From Intoshia linei (taxonomy: Eukaryota > Animalia > Orthonectida): a stretch of 45,789 nucleotides of DNA. The DNA is taken from positions 1 through 45,789 of the forward strand of contig LWCA01000156.1 in assembly GCA_001642005.1 (NCBI GenBank), in the 5' to 3' direction. The notes below the pieces were generated by a model, which had not been told where the DNA came from, did not search any database, and worked only from the letters and a program-made list of their open reading frames with translations. Below, piece by piece: positions 25,335-38,100 of the stretch. Numbering within the stretch: the first letter of the stretch is position 1; each line of letters starts with the position of its first letter. Made by a program: the position numbers and the translations under genes.

Positions 25335-28300
25335 TCATGGCTCTGGTATGGCTGTAAATAATTTACTAAAAAGAAATTCCATAAATCTTTTTGAATAATT
25401 ATTTGATTCATTGGTTGAATTAATTTTCTTATATATAAAATTTTAAAATGTATAAATTATCTACCTTCATGCAAAATAATTTTTTAATATTATTCCTGAA
25501 ATTTTTAACATTGGAGCATTGTTGTAATATATCGACAATTCCTGCATAAATATAAATTGGCCTATTTTCAATTAGTCCATAAATAGCTCCTTCCCTAGTG
25601 AAATGTGTTAATGTGATACAAAAATATTTTTTAACATAAATATGTAAATAACATCTAAGAAAATTTTTGTAAACGTTAAAAACCAAAAGTTGATTCAAAT
25701 TTCAAATTCGAATTGTAAAATTAATTTCAATTTTCTTAAAAATAATAGTATTAATGTAAATATAAATAATAATTTTAAGCAATAATAAATTTACTTACGG
25801 TATAATGAAATTTTTTGCATAATGTTTTTGTTGGATTTGGACGGCGCTCGCATAATAGTTATTTCTAGGAATTAGTGTATCTTGAGTTTGTAAAGATAAT
25901 GCTATGATTAGTACATGTAAAAAATTTAAATAATTGAATCACATTTTTTTACAATAATGGAATGTTTTTTTAATCGACTGAATTTAAAATGTATTGCGCT
26001 TTCAGATTGAATTGTATTATCTAAGAATATATATTAAACTAATTCTTTCATCAAATTACCTTGCTAAATAAATAATTGTATTGATAATCATTTTATATTC
26101 GTTTCGTAGTGTCCAAATAAAAATTAATGATGTAATTAATTAATTTATTTTAATATTTATTCATTTATTAAAATATAATTATATATTATTAAAAAATGGG
26201 ATAACAATTGTTTTTAAAATTCTTTACGCAAATGTTAAAAAACAAAAAATTAAGATGGAATAATTCACTTTAAAGTAAAAATAATGTGATATAATGGTTC
26301 CACCTGACACAAATTTGGGAACCACTCCTTTAAAGAATTGATAATAGTGAATAGTAGGATTCTTAAGTTAGATTTTCAACATGAATTATTTATTTGGTAT
26401 TATAAAAATGTGCCCTTTGCAGAGCTAGGTGCTGTTTGTACGTAATACATAACAGTCAACCTAGTATTAATATAATAAAAATATTACAATATTATCTTGT
26501 TTCAAAAAATAGATCGCAATTAAAAAACTATATTTTGTTATTTTCATGCTGTTCAATACCTATAAATATTAATGTGAATCAGAAAAATTTTTCATCAAGT
26601 GTAGTAATTATGATACTCGACAATCACGATAAATTCTATCCCTAATAGCATTCAAAATTTCCAATTCCAATTTTATATGATGCTTTATGATACGGATAAA
26701 ATCGTTGTCTTTGAATTCATAAATGTATGCTTCATCTGTTGGTACAATTCTATAATTTATATTATACATTTTATAACAGGGTCGGCAACCAGTCGCCCGT
26801 GGCCAAAAGTTGCTCACAGAATAATTTTGGTGGTCCTTTGAGTAAATATGAAAATTATTTATTTATTTTTTTTTTAAATTTTTCAACTTTTAAACACTTT
26901 TCTACAATAATTGGCTCATTATAATCATTTTAGCTTTGAATTTTCAGATTGTTTTGGATATTATTTTGTTAAATATACTAAAACCGTTTCTCTTCAGTTA
27001 AAATTGAAATCTATTATGTGTAAATTTTCAAAAACAGGGCTGTAGAATTTTCTGATAAAAAAAGTGACCTAAGAGACGCAAAAGGTTACCAACCCCTGTT
27101 TTATAATATTATGATTATATATTGTTTATTATTATATACTTATGATTATCAAGATACTATTAGAATAGTATTATTATTAGATTTACCTTCTTTCAATGCC
27201 ATTAAATTTAAATTGCATGTATTCCTCCTCTAATATGGGAGACACGCTATTACATACTAATATTCGTATTTTCTGATTATTGTACTAATCATATAAAAGT
27301 ATTAATATGTTTTGTTTTTTATTTATTTTAATCGTTAATGAATGACATAATATAAATATATTATAATATACTCATAATATTAATGTATTATTATAACAAT
27401 TATTGATGATAACCTTTAATGTATAGCATCCGTATAACTTTGGTAGAAAAGATCGAGGATGTTGTGCTTGATTCTATGATTATATTTTTACTTTATTTTA
27501 TATTTTATTATAATATTTTGATCGTGAAATGCACTTTTTTGAGACTACTATTGATGATGTTGCTTATGATTTTAAAAACTATCTCAGATTTTATGTTTTA
27601 TAAAATTCTAATAAAACTTTTTTTATTTAAAAAATGCAATTTTCGTAGGCTCAGATTTAAGGCAATATTAATGATTTTCAAACACTGTGCAGAAGTTGAT
27701 TTTTGAAATTCTAGGGCTGATTTTATTTTTTAAAAAAAGAGGTATTGTGTTTATAACTTTGAAAGACTCAATTTCTGTAAATCAAACTTGCATTATAACA
27801 TCACTCTCAAAAAGACCTCTTAGAAATTTGATTTTTGGTTAATTCTAGGACAGTTAATGTTAACTGTGTATAAACGGTAACACCCACAGTCATTAAATTT
27901 TATACATATCAACAATTAATTATATTTATAATTTAATAATATGATTTGAATTACCAAAAAGTATGATTTTAATAAGCATCGAAGAGTAGTTTTTTCGCGT
28001 TTAGACAATTCAACTATCATCATATGACGATCTTTAGTTTTCCACATGTAATTTTTAGTGTTTTTTTTTGGCAAATGAATACATTTGTGACAAACTGACT
28101 TCTAAATTTAAATACAGAAAGCTCTGATAGTGGCCAAATTTAAAATCCCAGTTCATTTTGTTAACATGTATCAAAAAAAGGTTAATACAATAAAATGAAA
28201 AACAATTACCATATATGTTTCATTAGATATGCCATACACTTTTCTAAAGAATTTAAAAACATTTGGTGAATGAACTTTAAATCGAAAATTTCTGATTTCT

Positions 28301-28589
28301 AAATCCATTTTATCAAAATGTAGTTTTGGTATGTTGATATATTTTACTAAATCAAAATCTCGATCTAATAAATCTTCATTGTCCATATATCTTTCGTTCA
28401 TAAAATAGTATTTTATTGACCCTTGAAGAAGTTGAATATTTGTTTCCGTCTTGTTTAAAATAGAATAAATTATAATATAAAATAAAATTTGATAATTAAT
28501 AATTTTAAAAATTATTAATCCATATAATTTTTTAATCACCGTGCATAGTACAAATTAGTAACTATTTTAAATATTACCTTATACGCCAT
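25335..28589 (-). CDS. PIP5K-family (phosphatidylinositol phosphate kinase fold) predicted pseudokinase, 12 exons, about 389 aa
   Basis: Exons 28589-28578, 28449-28210, 28101-27955, 27473-27414, 27284-27187, 26749-26617, 26559-26488, 26063-26060, 26020-25943, 25901-25799, 25594-25465 and 25427-25335 sum to 1170 nt, open. Retains FRFKVHSPNVFKFFR, SFLPKLYG, FKDNDF, RDCR, GIVDILQ and YSKRF. Lacks IIKT, DLKGS and MDYSL. Exon 1 and the microexon are inferred. Confidence 0.85.
26370..26464 (+). mobile_element. Helitron 3' terminus in an intron
   Basis: ...TGCCCTTTGCAGAGCTAGGTGCTGTTTGTACGTAATACATAACAGTCAACCTAG|T, homologous to the copies at 18793 and 34635. Confidence 0.7.
26777..27098. mobile_element. 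hAT (Buster/Charlie-like) MITE in an intron
   Basis: CAGGGTCGGCAACC... / ...GGTTACCAACCCCTG, with a perfect TSD TTTTATAA. Confidence 0.9.
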
Positions 28590-29199
28590 ATTTTCTACCT
28601 TTATTATCGACATTATAAATTAAAAATGATCTATTACATAAATGCAAATATTTTAACTGATAATGAAATTTTTCAAAGTTTAATCTAATATAATCTTATG
28701 CATGCAATGATCATATATTACATCTCTATCTTTCATCATACGACACTAACATTAAATAAGAAAAATAATGGAAAACAATGAATTGAATTAACGTTTGACA
28801 TGTCACGACTAGAAAAAAATAAATATAAATAAAAAAGTGTTAATTGAAAATATACAATTTAGAGTAGAATTAAATGTTATTCTATTGAAATATAAAATCT
28901 GTTTGATTTTGAAAAAAATTTATGATATAAATACAGGTTTAAAATCTGAATTATTTTTTAAATACGACACGTAATATATTATAATGAAAAATAAATATAC
29001 TGCATCATTTCCAGGTTTTTGACAAGTAAACAATGCTAATTAAACATTTATTGGACTTTTAATTTAAATTTAAGTAATTTTTATTTTTAATTAAATTTGA
29101 TAACATATTAATTAATAAAAATATTTGGTAACCCTTGTATTATTAACGTTATAACATTTTTAAACATTTTTGCGTTAAAATTAGAAATAATTCTTCTTT
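28590..29199. promoter_or_regulatory. Putative bidirectional promoter between the two PIP5K paralogs
   Basis: About 610 bp between the inferred divergent start codons (28589 and 29200). Position is the only evidence; no motif was identified. Confidence 0.45.
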
Positions 29200-32100
29200 A
29201 TGGAACATAAGCAAGTAATTTTATTTATAATATTTTCTTGTTCATTTTAAATTTTTTAATATATATTTCAGTGATACTTCTTATATACTGTTGACTCGTT
29301 TGCGTCGTACATCCTTATATTGAGATTAAAAATATATCTGAATCTCAGTTTCGTGTTTATTTCATACTAAGCTTCAATAGACGCATGCTATTGAACTAAT
29401 ATACTTAGTTCTCTATAAATTATCTACGATTTAATCATTGATAGTTTTTATCTACCTTTTCGACTTTGTAGACCTGAAATTATAGCTTTTATATTTTATT
29501 ATAACATGTTTTTTGATATTGTTATTTATAATATGTATATAATAATTATTATATACTGTTAAAAATCGTTTTTCATTTTTTTCGCGAAGTTGTGCTGCAT
29601 TTTTCCCCAACAGATAATTAATTTTTGTTTAAAAATATTAATTTATATTAATATTCCAGTTCATATACATTATAATTTACATAATTGGTATTATAATTTT
29701 AGTGATACATATATCACTATTGTAGTAATGTGAGATTCCAATATATATTATTAATATAACGTACTTGGTATGCTTACATATACTTTGACACTTATAATTC
29801 ACATCTTCAGATATATTATTATTATCATTGTTTGTATTTTAATCCTTTTTTAGGAAACGTTAAATAATCAAGTAGAATTGTTTCAATTATGCTTAAAAAA
29901 TTATTTAACGGCAGAATTAATGATTGAATTCAAACAAGATTTATTGGATGAAGATTTTAATTATAATAAATCCATAATAGAGCCGGTTTATCAAACAATG
30001 AACCCATTCAAACTCAAAATATTTCGTTTACAATTTAAAATATATACACCAAAAGTGTTTCAATATTTTCGAAAAATATTTAACATTTCAATTGAACAAT
30101 TTACCGTAATTATAACGTTTACTCTGGAATATTTTTTGATGTAACAAAATTTTGATTAGTTTTATGAAATTTAAATTAACTAGTTAAACCAGTGTTTCCT
30201 AAGCTTTTTATACTATTTCCCACTTTTGTGGTCTCACTCAAGCTGGCTACTGTTTGTATTATGTACAATTTAGACTAAATTTTAGTTAAAAATTTATTGT
30301 GCATAAAAGTTAAGCTAACGATTGTTGACATTAAAATTTTGAATTTTTTATAAATCCAATAAATTCGTTAAATTTCTCAAACAGCACCAAATTATCGTTA
30401 CGCCATCAAAAATTTCGTCAGGTCCCACTGTTAGGAAACACTGATTTAAATAAAATGTTTTGATCCTCTCATCCAATATTATGACCAATTTCTAAAACTA
30501 CTAAGTTCATATTCTGATTTTTAAGGCAGCATCATATTTTTAAAAATTGAAAAATGTATCCAATAAATGTTCATATAAATTTTTAGTCATTTTTGATAGA
30601 AGATTTTATTAATACCCTTTTTTAAACATTGATTATCCCACCATTGCAATACATCGTCATCATATAATGATCTTCAATTAGAAATCCATGTGTACTATGA
30701 ATTTTGACTTAATATACGGAAATAACAATAGTGGAGCTAGCTTATGGAAAAGTAAGGACTGTAATTATATTCTAAAAACTGTAACTCACAAAGAATATAA
30801 ATTTCTATGCCGTATACTCCGATCATATTTTTTGGTAACGTTATTAATAAAAATTTCGAATTTAAATTACGTATTAAGTTTTTAACGTTTTAAAATGAAA
30901 AATATGATATTAATGGAGGGGTTCCCACACTTTCTTACTCGCGGATTGGTAATTTACTCTAAAATTAAATTAAGAGACAAAATTTAAAAAAATACGATTA
31001 TATAAATTGGGCGTCTATTTAAATCTAATAATTTTTAAATGTTTTGAGTGGTTCTCCTCGCTTTGTAGGTATTTTCAATGACAAATCAAACACATCAAAT
31101 ATTTTTTTCTTATAAAACATTTTGCAGTTGCACATAATCGACTTATAATCAATACAGTCAAACCTCAATTGAACGAACAGCAACTTACATGAAAATTTAT
31201 TGTTCGATAAAAAAAAGTTAACGAAAAAACAAATTTACTTTTAATTAAAATATTTTTTTATAAAAAACACATATTGTTTTGGGTCTTTTTTTTAATATAC
31301 ATATTTATATATTAATGTCTCATCGCAATTATAAATGTCCATATGACTATATTTCTCTTCTTTACTTCTAAAAAAATGTGAAAAAGCTTCAAATTCACTT
31401 GTATTAACAAGACCTGCTTCATCACTAATAATAGGGGAACGACTATTACGACGTTTTTGAAAACAGGAAAATCAACCTTTCAATCTCTGAAATTAGGTTT
31501 TTTAGCGGTTTCCCGATTTTAAGAGCCATTGTTTGAATCATATTTTCTAAAATAATAAAATTTTTCGATCTCTTTCGAACAAACCACTCATATACTAATT
31601 TGTCGATTTTAGTGGTTGCAAAATTAACAAACATGTGTTTTTCCTCAATCCCATCTATTTTCATCTGTTTAAAAGAGTTTTTATTCTTTAAAATTTTATT
31701 AATCACACCAAGAGGCATGTCAAATTTAATTGAAAGTTCTCTTTGAGAATATTTTGCACTATTCATTTCAGAAAAATTTATAACCTCTATATTTTCTTCT
31801 AATGTATGAATTTTTTCATTTTCTCTTTGATTGTTTCTCTTTAGCATCGTATTAGATTTTTTATTGATTCTTAAAAAGAGATGTAATCGTAAAATATTAT
31901 TTACCTACAGTACTATTTATCTTGAAAAGTTTAGTTTAAGTTTTAATTTAATTTCAATATGAATTTTCATCAATTATTTTGGATTATTTGGAATATTCGC
32001 TAGACATCAGTCGATAAAAAGATACAATAATAGTATACCGTATGATTTTTTAAATCGTTCTAAAATAAAATAATCTTTTTTTAATTTTTGAAAAAGTTTG

Positions 32101-35100
32101 TTTATTAAAAAATAATTGCTGTTTGTTCGTTAATAAATTTAATTATTTATAGTACCAGTATAGTATACTGAGTATATCCATAAATTATTAATATTTTGTT
32201 TGTTCGTTAAATTGAGGTTTGACTGTATTTGGAATAAAAATTGTTGCAAATGCATACTTTTTCAGAAATTTTTTTAAATCAGAAATTATTTAGTTTTTAA
32301 ATACAGCACAATATAGTATTTCCTCTTGATCAGTCCCTTAAAGGTTGGTAAAAGTAAAATTATTCATTAAGCGTTTCTAAATTTGATTATTAGTAAAAAT
32401 GGTTGGATTTAAGAATTTTTTATATTAATCTAATAATTATAATTCTTATTGTATTTTTGATTGATCTACATAAAATATTTTCAAAAAAATTAAATTTTTC
32501 ACGTACCGTAAAATTATTTCACAGACGGCATGCGTAACTAAGGCTTAAAAAAACAAGATATCAATCATAAATTTTTCTAAAATGTAGATAAAATTTGGCC
32601 AAACCAAAAATTATTTTGTATTTAAACGGTAAACTTTTTAGGTTTAATCTAATCTTTAGAGGTTTATTATTAAAGTATGCTGAAGTTTTAAGTATATTAC
32701 TAAATAACTATTTTGTACTTTATTATTGTTTTCATTCCGATGGCTATTTTATAGCCAAACGAAACATCAATGCTGTTTCCATCCACAACCTTATGTAGTT
32801 TATTTAGAATCAAACCCAACACACACATACATTTTTACCAAGATTTTATGGATGTTACGCGTTAAAGGTTTAGATATTATATATTATATCAGGGTGATCG
32901 AAACACTTGGCGAGGGGGAACCAAAAAATTTACACAATTATTTCATCATTCCTTCCCTCTTAGTTTTTTACTTTTACTCCAATTTAAAATGCATTTTTTC
33001 CCCTTATATATATATTTTATATTCATATCACAAAGATTTATTAAGGTTTTATTAAAATTTTTTATTATTTACCTGTTAAAAAATATATTACTAAACAATT
33101 TCGCGGGCCACGCTTTGGACCGCCCTGTATTATATACATCAAACAGAAAGGCTCAGTAATACTAGGCATAGGTACAAAAAAAATAAAAACCATAACCCTA
33201 CAATGTATGTAGGGCCTACATACATTAAAATTTTAGCATTACTAATTTTGAAAGATTAAAAAATTGATATTACATAATTTGATATAATAAAATATAAAAT
33301 AAATCTTGAAATCAATCAAGAAAGAGGGAATTTACATTTTATTTTTATTTTTCAGTTCATTAATTAACTTTTGTATCTATAATTCATATATTGGTTCTGT
33401 TTGCAATACATTCAGATGTTTCAATTGAAACAAGACATAACTATAAAAGAAATATGTCGTATAGAATGTGTTAAACTGTGAAATGTACTGGTTCATTAAA
33501 TGTATTCATTCTACGGCTTGCCGTGGAATGTGTATATTTCACAGTTGTATACATTATATGCCACATACACATTACCAGGACCGTAGAGAGGGGAGCGAAG
33601 TATGAGCGGTAATTTTTTTTAAAATATAGGACTTTTTTTATTTTTAAACCAAAGGATAATGTGTGTTTTGATCGTATTGATATAAGTTTTTGAAACTGAA
33701 ATTTAAAATAATGATGATTATAAAATCTTTATTAGATTGTATATTTTTTATAATTCTAAGGCTCGTTTGATTTTTAAAGAAAAGGGTATAGGTTTTTTTT
33801 AACCTAGAAGTACTAAATTTTTGAAAACGACATTTACAATAAAATCTAATTAAAAATTATTATTATAAAGTGGTATTTTTAAAATTCTACACCTGTTACT
33901 TACTTTAATTAATTGGAATAGGCAAATAAACTAATATAATAATGTAAATAAACAAACATACATTCTAAACTAAATTATTTTAATATATTTAAAATAGGTT
34001 AATATATATGCTTTTATTATTAAATTTTAAAAGTCATCAGGAGTAACAGCAAATAGTAATAATAATAGTAATATCAGTAAATAGAATAAAATACAGACAA
34101 TTTTTTGTAAACTTAATATACGGATTCCCATTTTTTAAATAAATGTATTATCCATCTGCCTTATTAATAAACTATTAAAAATTTAAGTTTTCAGTAGTTA
34201 TTTAGAAGGATTTTAAATTTCATCTTTATTTAAAACCTATGTACATAAAATCGTAACTAATTTTGAAAAATGGTTATAAAATTTTTAGTTTTATATTTTA
34301 AATTAATGGCGAGTCATAGAATAAAATGTTAATATATCTATATAACAGTAATAATCATATGCCGAAATACAGAATTGGCTAATTATATAGTTGGCGAGTT
34401 GTGCAGAGAATATTGTACAAATAAACTAGAAAAATGAAAGATTTTTGAATTGAATAATCAATAAAAAATTGCTCTACTTATACAACGTAGTATTAAAGTG
34501 AAAAATATTTTAGTTCAACCACAACAGAAAACTTCGTTTAGTGTTGATGAACTGCATTATGCCTATTGAATCAAAGGCTAACTACACCTTTGATTTCAAA
34601 GGAAGCAACAGAGTGTAATATTATATAGTAATAACTAGCTTTAACCACTACAGTGTATTATGTACATTAACAAACAGCAGCTAGTTCTACCGAGGGCGGA
34701 AGTTTTAATTTTAAGACCGAGTTTTTAATTTATTATAGACCATGAATGTATGGTCTTAAAAAAATTTAAATTATAGTTAGAACCCTAAAAAATCTTCATT
34801 AGTAATGATTTTACAATCTGTATCATAGTGTTTATTTTTTTAAATTTAAATTTATGATAATGTTTATGATTTTAAAATCCGTATCAGCGTATATATTTTT
34901 TTAAATTCTCGAACTCGTTTGATTTTCAAAAAAAAGACAATTGGGATATATATTTTTTTAAATTCTCCAACTCGTTTGATTTTCAAAAAGAGGGACAATT
35001 TTTTAAATTCTCCAACTCAATTGATTTTCAAAAAAAGGCAATTGGGGTTTTTGACTGATAAGATGTGAGTTTGGGAGGTTGAAATTTATTTTGCGAACAC

Positions 35101-38100
35101 CCTCAGAAAAAACAGTACTTGAAATGTGGACTTTATAAAATTCTAAGACGGGTAGTTATTTAAAAAAAGTGGAACACACACAAACAAATATTGCGTAGCA
35201 TATTATATTAGTAAGGATATATTAAATTTTTTGTTTTAATAAAATAGTTACCAAATAAAAAAAAATTAATTCCAAAGTGCTTTTTTGACTGTGAATTGAT
35301 TAGTTAGTGAAATTAAAATTTGTGTGTGCTTTAATTTTTTTTAAATTCTAGTACTATTAACATTTTTTAAAAAAGAGTAATATGCTGTTTTGAAAATATC
35401 AAAATTAAAATTAATTAGTATTAATTTAGTATTAATAAAATTAAATAGATTATTATGAATATATATCCATAAAAATAATTTTTGAGCATTTGACCACTAT
35501 TCCCAAAAATTGTAGAAATTACCCAAAAAAGAAATTTTTTTATTTTGGTGGCTCAAGACTTATTTTCCGACATTCTATGTAAAAAAATAGATGAATCTGT
35601 ACAAAATTGAATAAAGAATAGTTAATTATTTACAAATAATAATTTTAAGCGATTTCGGGGTCGTAGTTTGCCAACCGCTGCCCAAATCACTGGGGCTAAT
35701 ATATATGATGAAAAATAGTGTTATCGAGGAAGATGCAGATAAAAATTTTTTAATTCTACTTTAATAATTTAATAAAAAATGATTAATATTAATTTAATTT
35801 ATATCATAGATCGGAAAGTACAATTCATGATGATACTCATGTTTATAAAGACAACGATTTTACAAATAAAATAAATAAAAAGATAAAATTTAATTCAAAC
35901 GTTTATGATGCCATAAAAGATAAAATTCGAAGAGATTGCAGGGTTTGATTTACAAATGTTGACAAAATTATTTAGGTACTTGAAAGTCTAAATATCATGG
36001 ATTATAGTCTATTAATTGGTTTATACTTTTTGGATAATAGATTTGAAATAAATAAATCCGTAAGTCTATTAATCTAGTCAGACTATAATATACACTCTAT
36101 GTGGATGAAACTCAATAATAAAATAGCTAAACTTTCTTTTTGGTTATTAACTGGGCAAGCAAAAAGTTGCTAAAAAACAACATTTAAACTCACAAAAACA
36201 ATCACGTACAGTCATGTAGTTTCAAAAAAATGGAAGTGGTGTATCAATGTTGAATTAATCTCCAGAAATCCAGAAAAGTGTTTATTATGCACAATAAATT
36301 TCGATAATATTTCATTTTATTTTATAGAAGTTATGAGACCGATTTGTAAATATAAAACTTGACTTTAAAAGATAATAAATCGCTAGAAATGAAATTGATA
36401 CGAAATTATATAAAATTTACAAAGTAATGTCGAAACACACTCTGGGCCGCTCTCAAATTATGATATAGTGAATATTATATTGATGAGAATTTTCACTTTT
36501 TTTGCATAAATTTAAAAATGCTGGAAATCGCCTTTCAGATACGTTATGAATTGAGTGAAATAAATATTTTTTGACGAATTTTTAGCATTTGCTTTAAATA
36601 AGTGGTTTTTAAACTTTTTTGTATAGCGCATCGCAAGTTTTTTATTACTTATTTCCAAATTCCAAAGGAAAACCTATCGAAAACTCTTTTCGCAGGCCTC
36701 GTTGAAAATTTTGAAAATGTTGCCATTCTTTTTTTAAATTTAGCATTAAAAAATATATTTTGAGTATCATAACTGTTTAAACTTTAAAAATAAAATTTAA
36801 ATCATCAAATTCAGATTCACATAGAGGCGGCTAGTGACTACATTTTTATATTTAATTTTTTAATTATACTAATTTAGGAAACTGGTATCTACTTCTATGA
36901 ATTATAATCTGACATAATTATATAGACAAACTGAAAATTTCATACTACAAATTGTCACATTATAAACAGTCATTTAAATTTTCTAAAAGTAATAAAATTA
37001 AAAATAATAGAATACATCGGGTGCACAAAGTGCGGAACTTTTTGTGAAACTGTTTTGTGAACCTTATAAAATACAAAAAAATGAAGAATTCTTAATTTTT
37101 GTAATCAAAAAGTCTGATAGAACAGTTGAATATATCAAATTACATATACACTGTATATATTTATATTTTAAAATTAATTAAAATTTAAAAACTTTCACAC
37201 CGTAACGCAATCTGTGCATCGCTGTATTTGATATGTAGAATAAAGTATTTTTTATTTTTATCATACACATATTTTATACGTATTATATGTATTATCAGGG
37301 CGTGGACAGAGTGGGCAAGGAGGGCCATATGGCAGGAGCCTACAATCATGAGCGCCTAATATTTTAATTTATTAATAGGTAAGGTTGGGATATTTCTTAA
37401 GTATGTCAAAATTATGATGACGAATGCGATTAAATACACTTATATTTTTAATTTTTAGGCCACAAACGCTTGATTAAACAATGTATAGACGTCTCAATTT
37501 AAAAAAATTATAGGGGCCCCACACTTTCTATATAGTCCGGGCCTACTGCTGGCTATCCACGGCCCTGTGTATTATATAAACTTTATACAATAATCTTTAT
37601 AATAAATATATAATTTTGAATATAGATGTAAATCCTCAGAATAATGAATATAGGCTTAGAAAGGATATACTGCCTTTCTGTATTAATCCAATAGAAAATA
37701 GTTTTAATGATGAAAAAATACCGTAAAATTATATGTTACCGTTCATACATATAAATATCCGTACATATATATAAATTATATGTCGGGCCGCATTTTTTTA
37801 AAAAATTTTTAGTCGAGATGCATCATTAAATTTTTTATAGCATAACATTCAAAAACCATTATACTATGAATCGAGATCATTTTATAATACACAGTGTGTA
37901 TTGAAAGTGATGTCAAATCAGATAATCGAAATTGAATATTTTTTTAGTTCGAGCGGCCATGGTTTTTTTAAATTTTTGAAAAATGTGAAAAATTGGTTCG
38001 GTCAGTTGTGATAATATTATTCAAAGGATAATCCAGATTATCATCGTCAATTACGGAGTAAACTTGGAGGGTCCTTTTTTCTTCATTATTTTGTGATAAT

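Noticed and set aside
25335-28589. Calling the minus-strand PIP5K copy a pseudogene
   Set aside because: All 12 exons splice GT-AG into one open frame with no stops, despite deep divergence from the paralog.
32595-33055. ORF-track ORFs 32595-32798 and 32726-33055
   Set aside because: The true exon (32808-32867) is in another frame (NQTQHTHTFLPRFYGCYALK). The rest is intron and MITE sequence.
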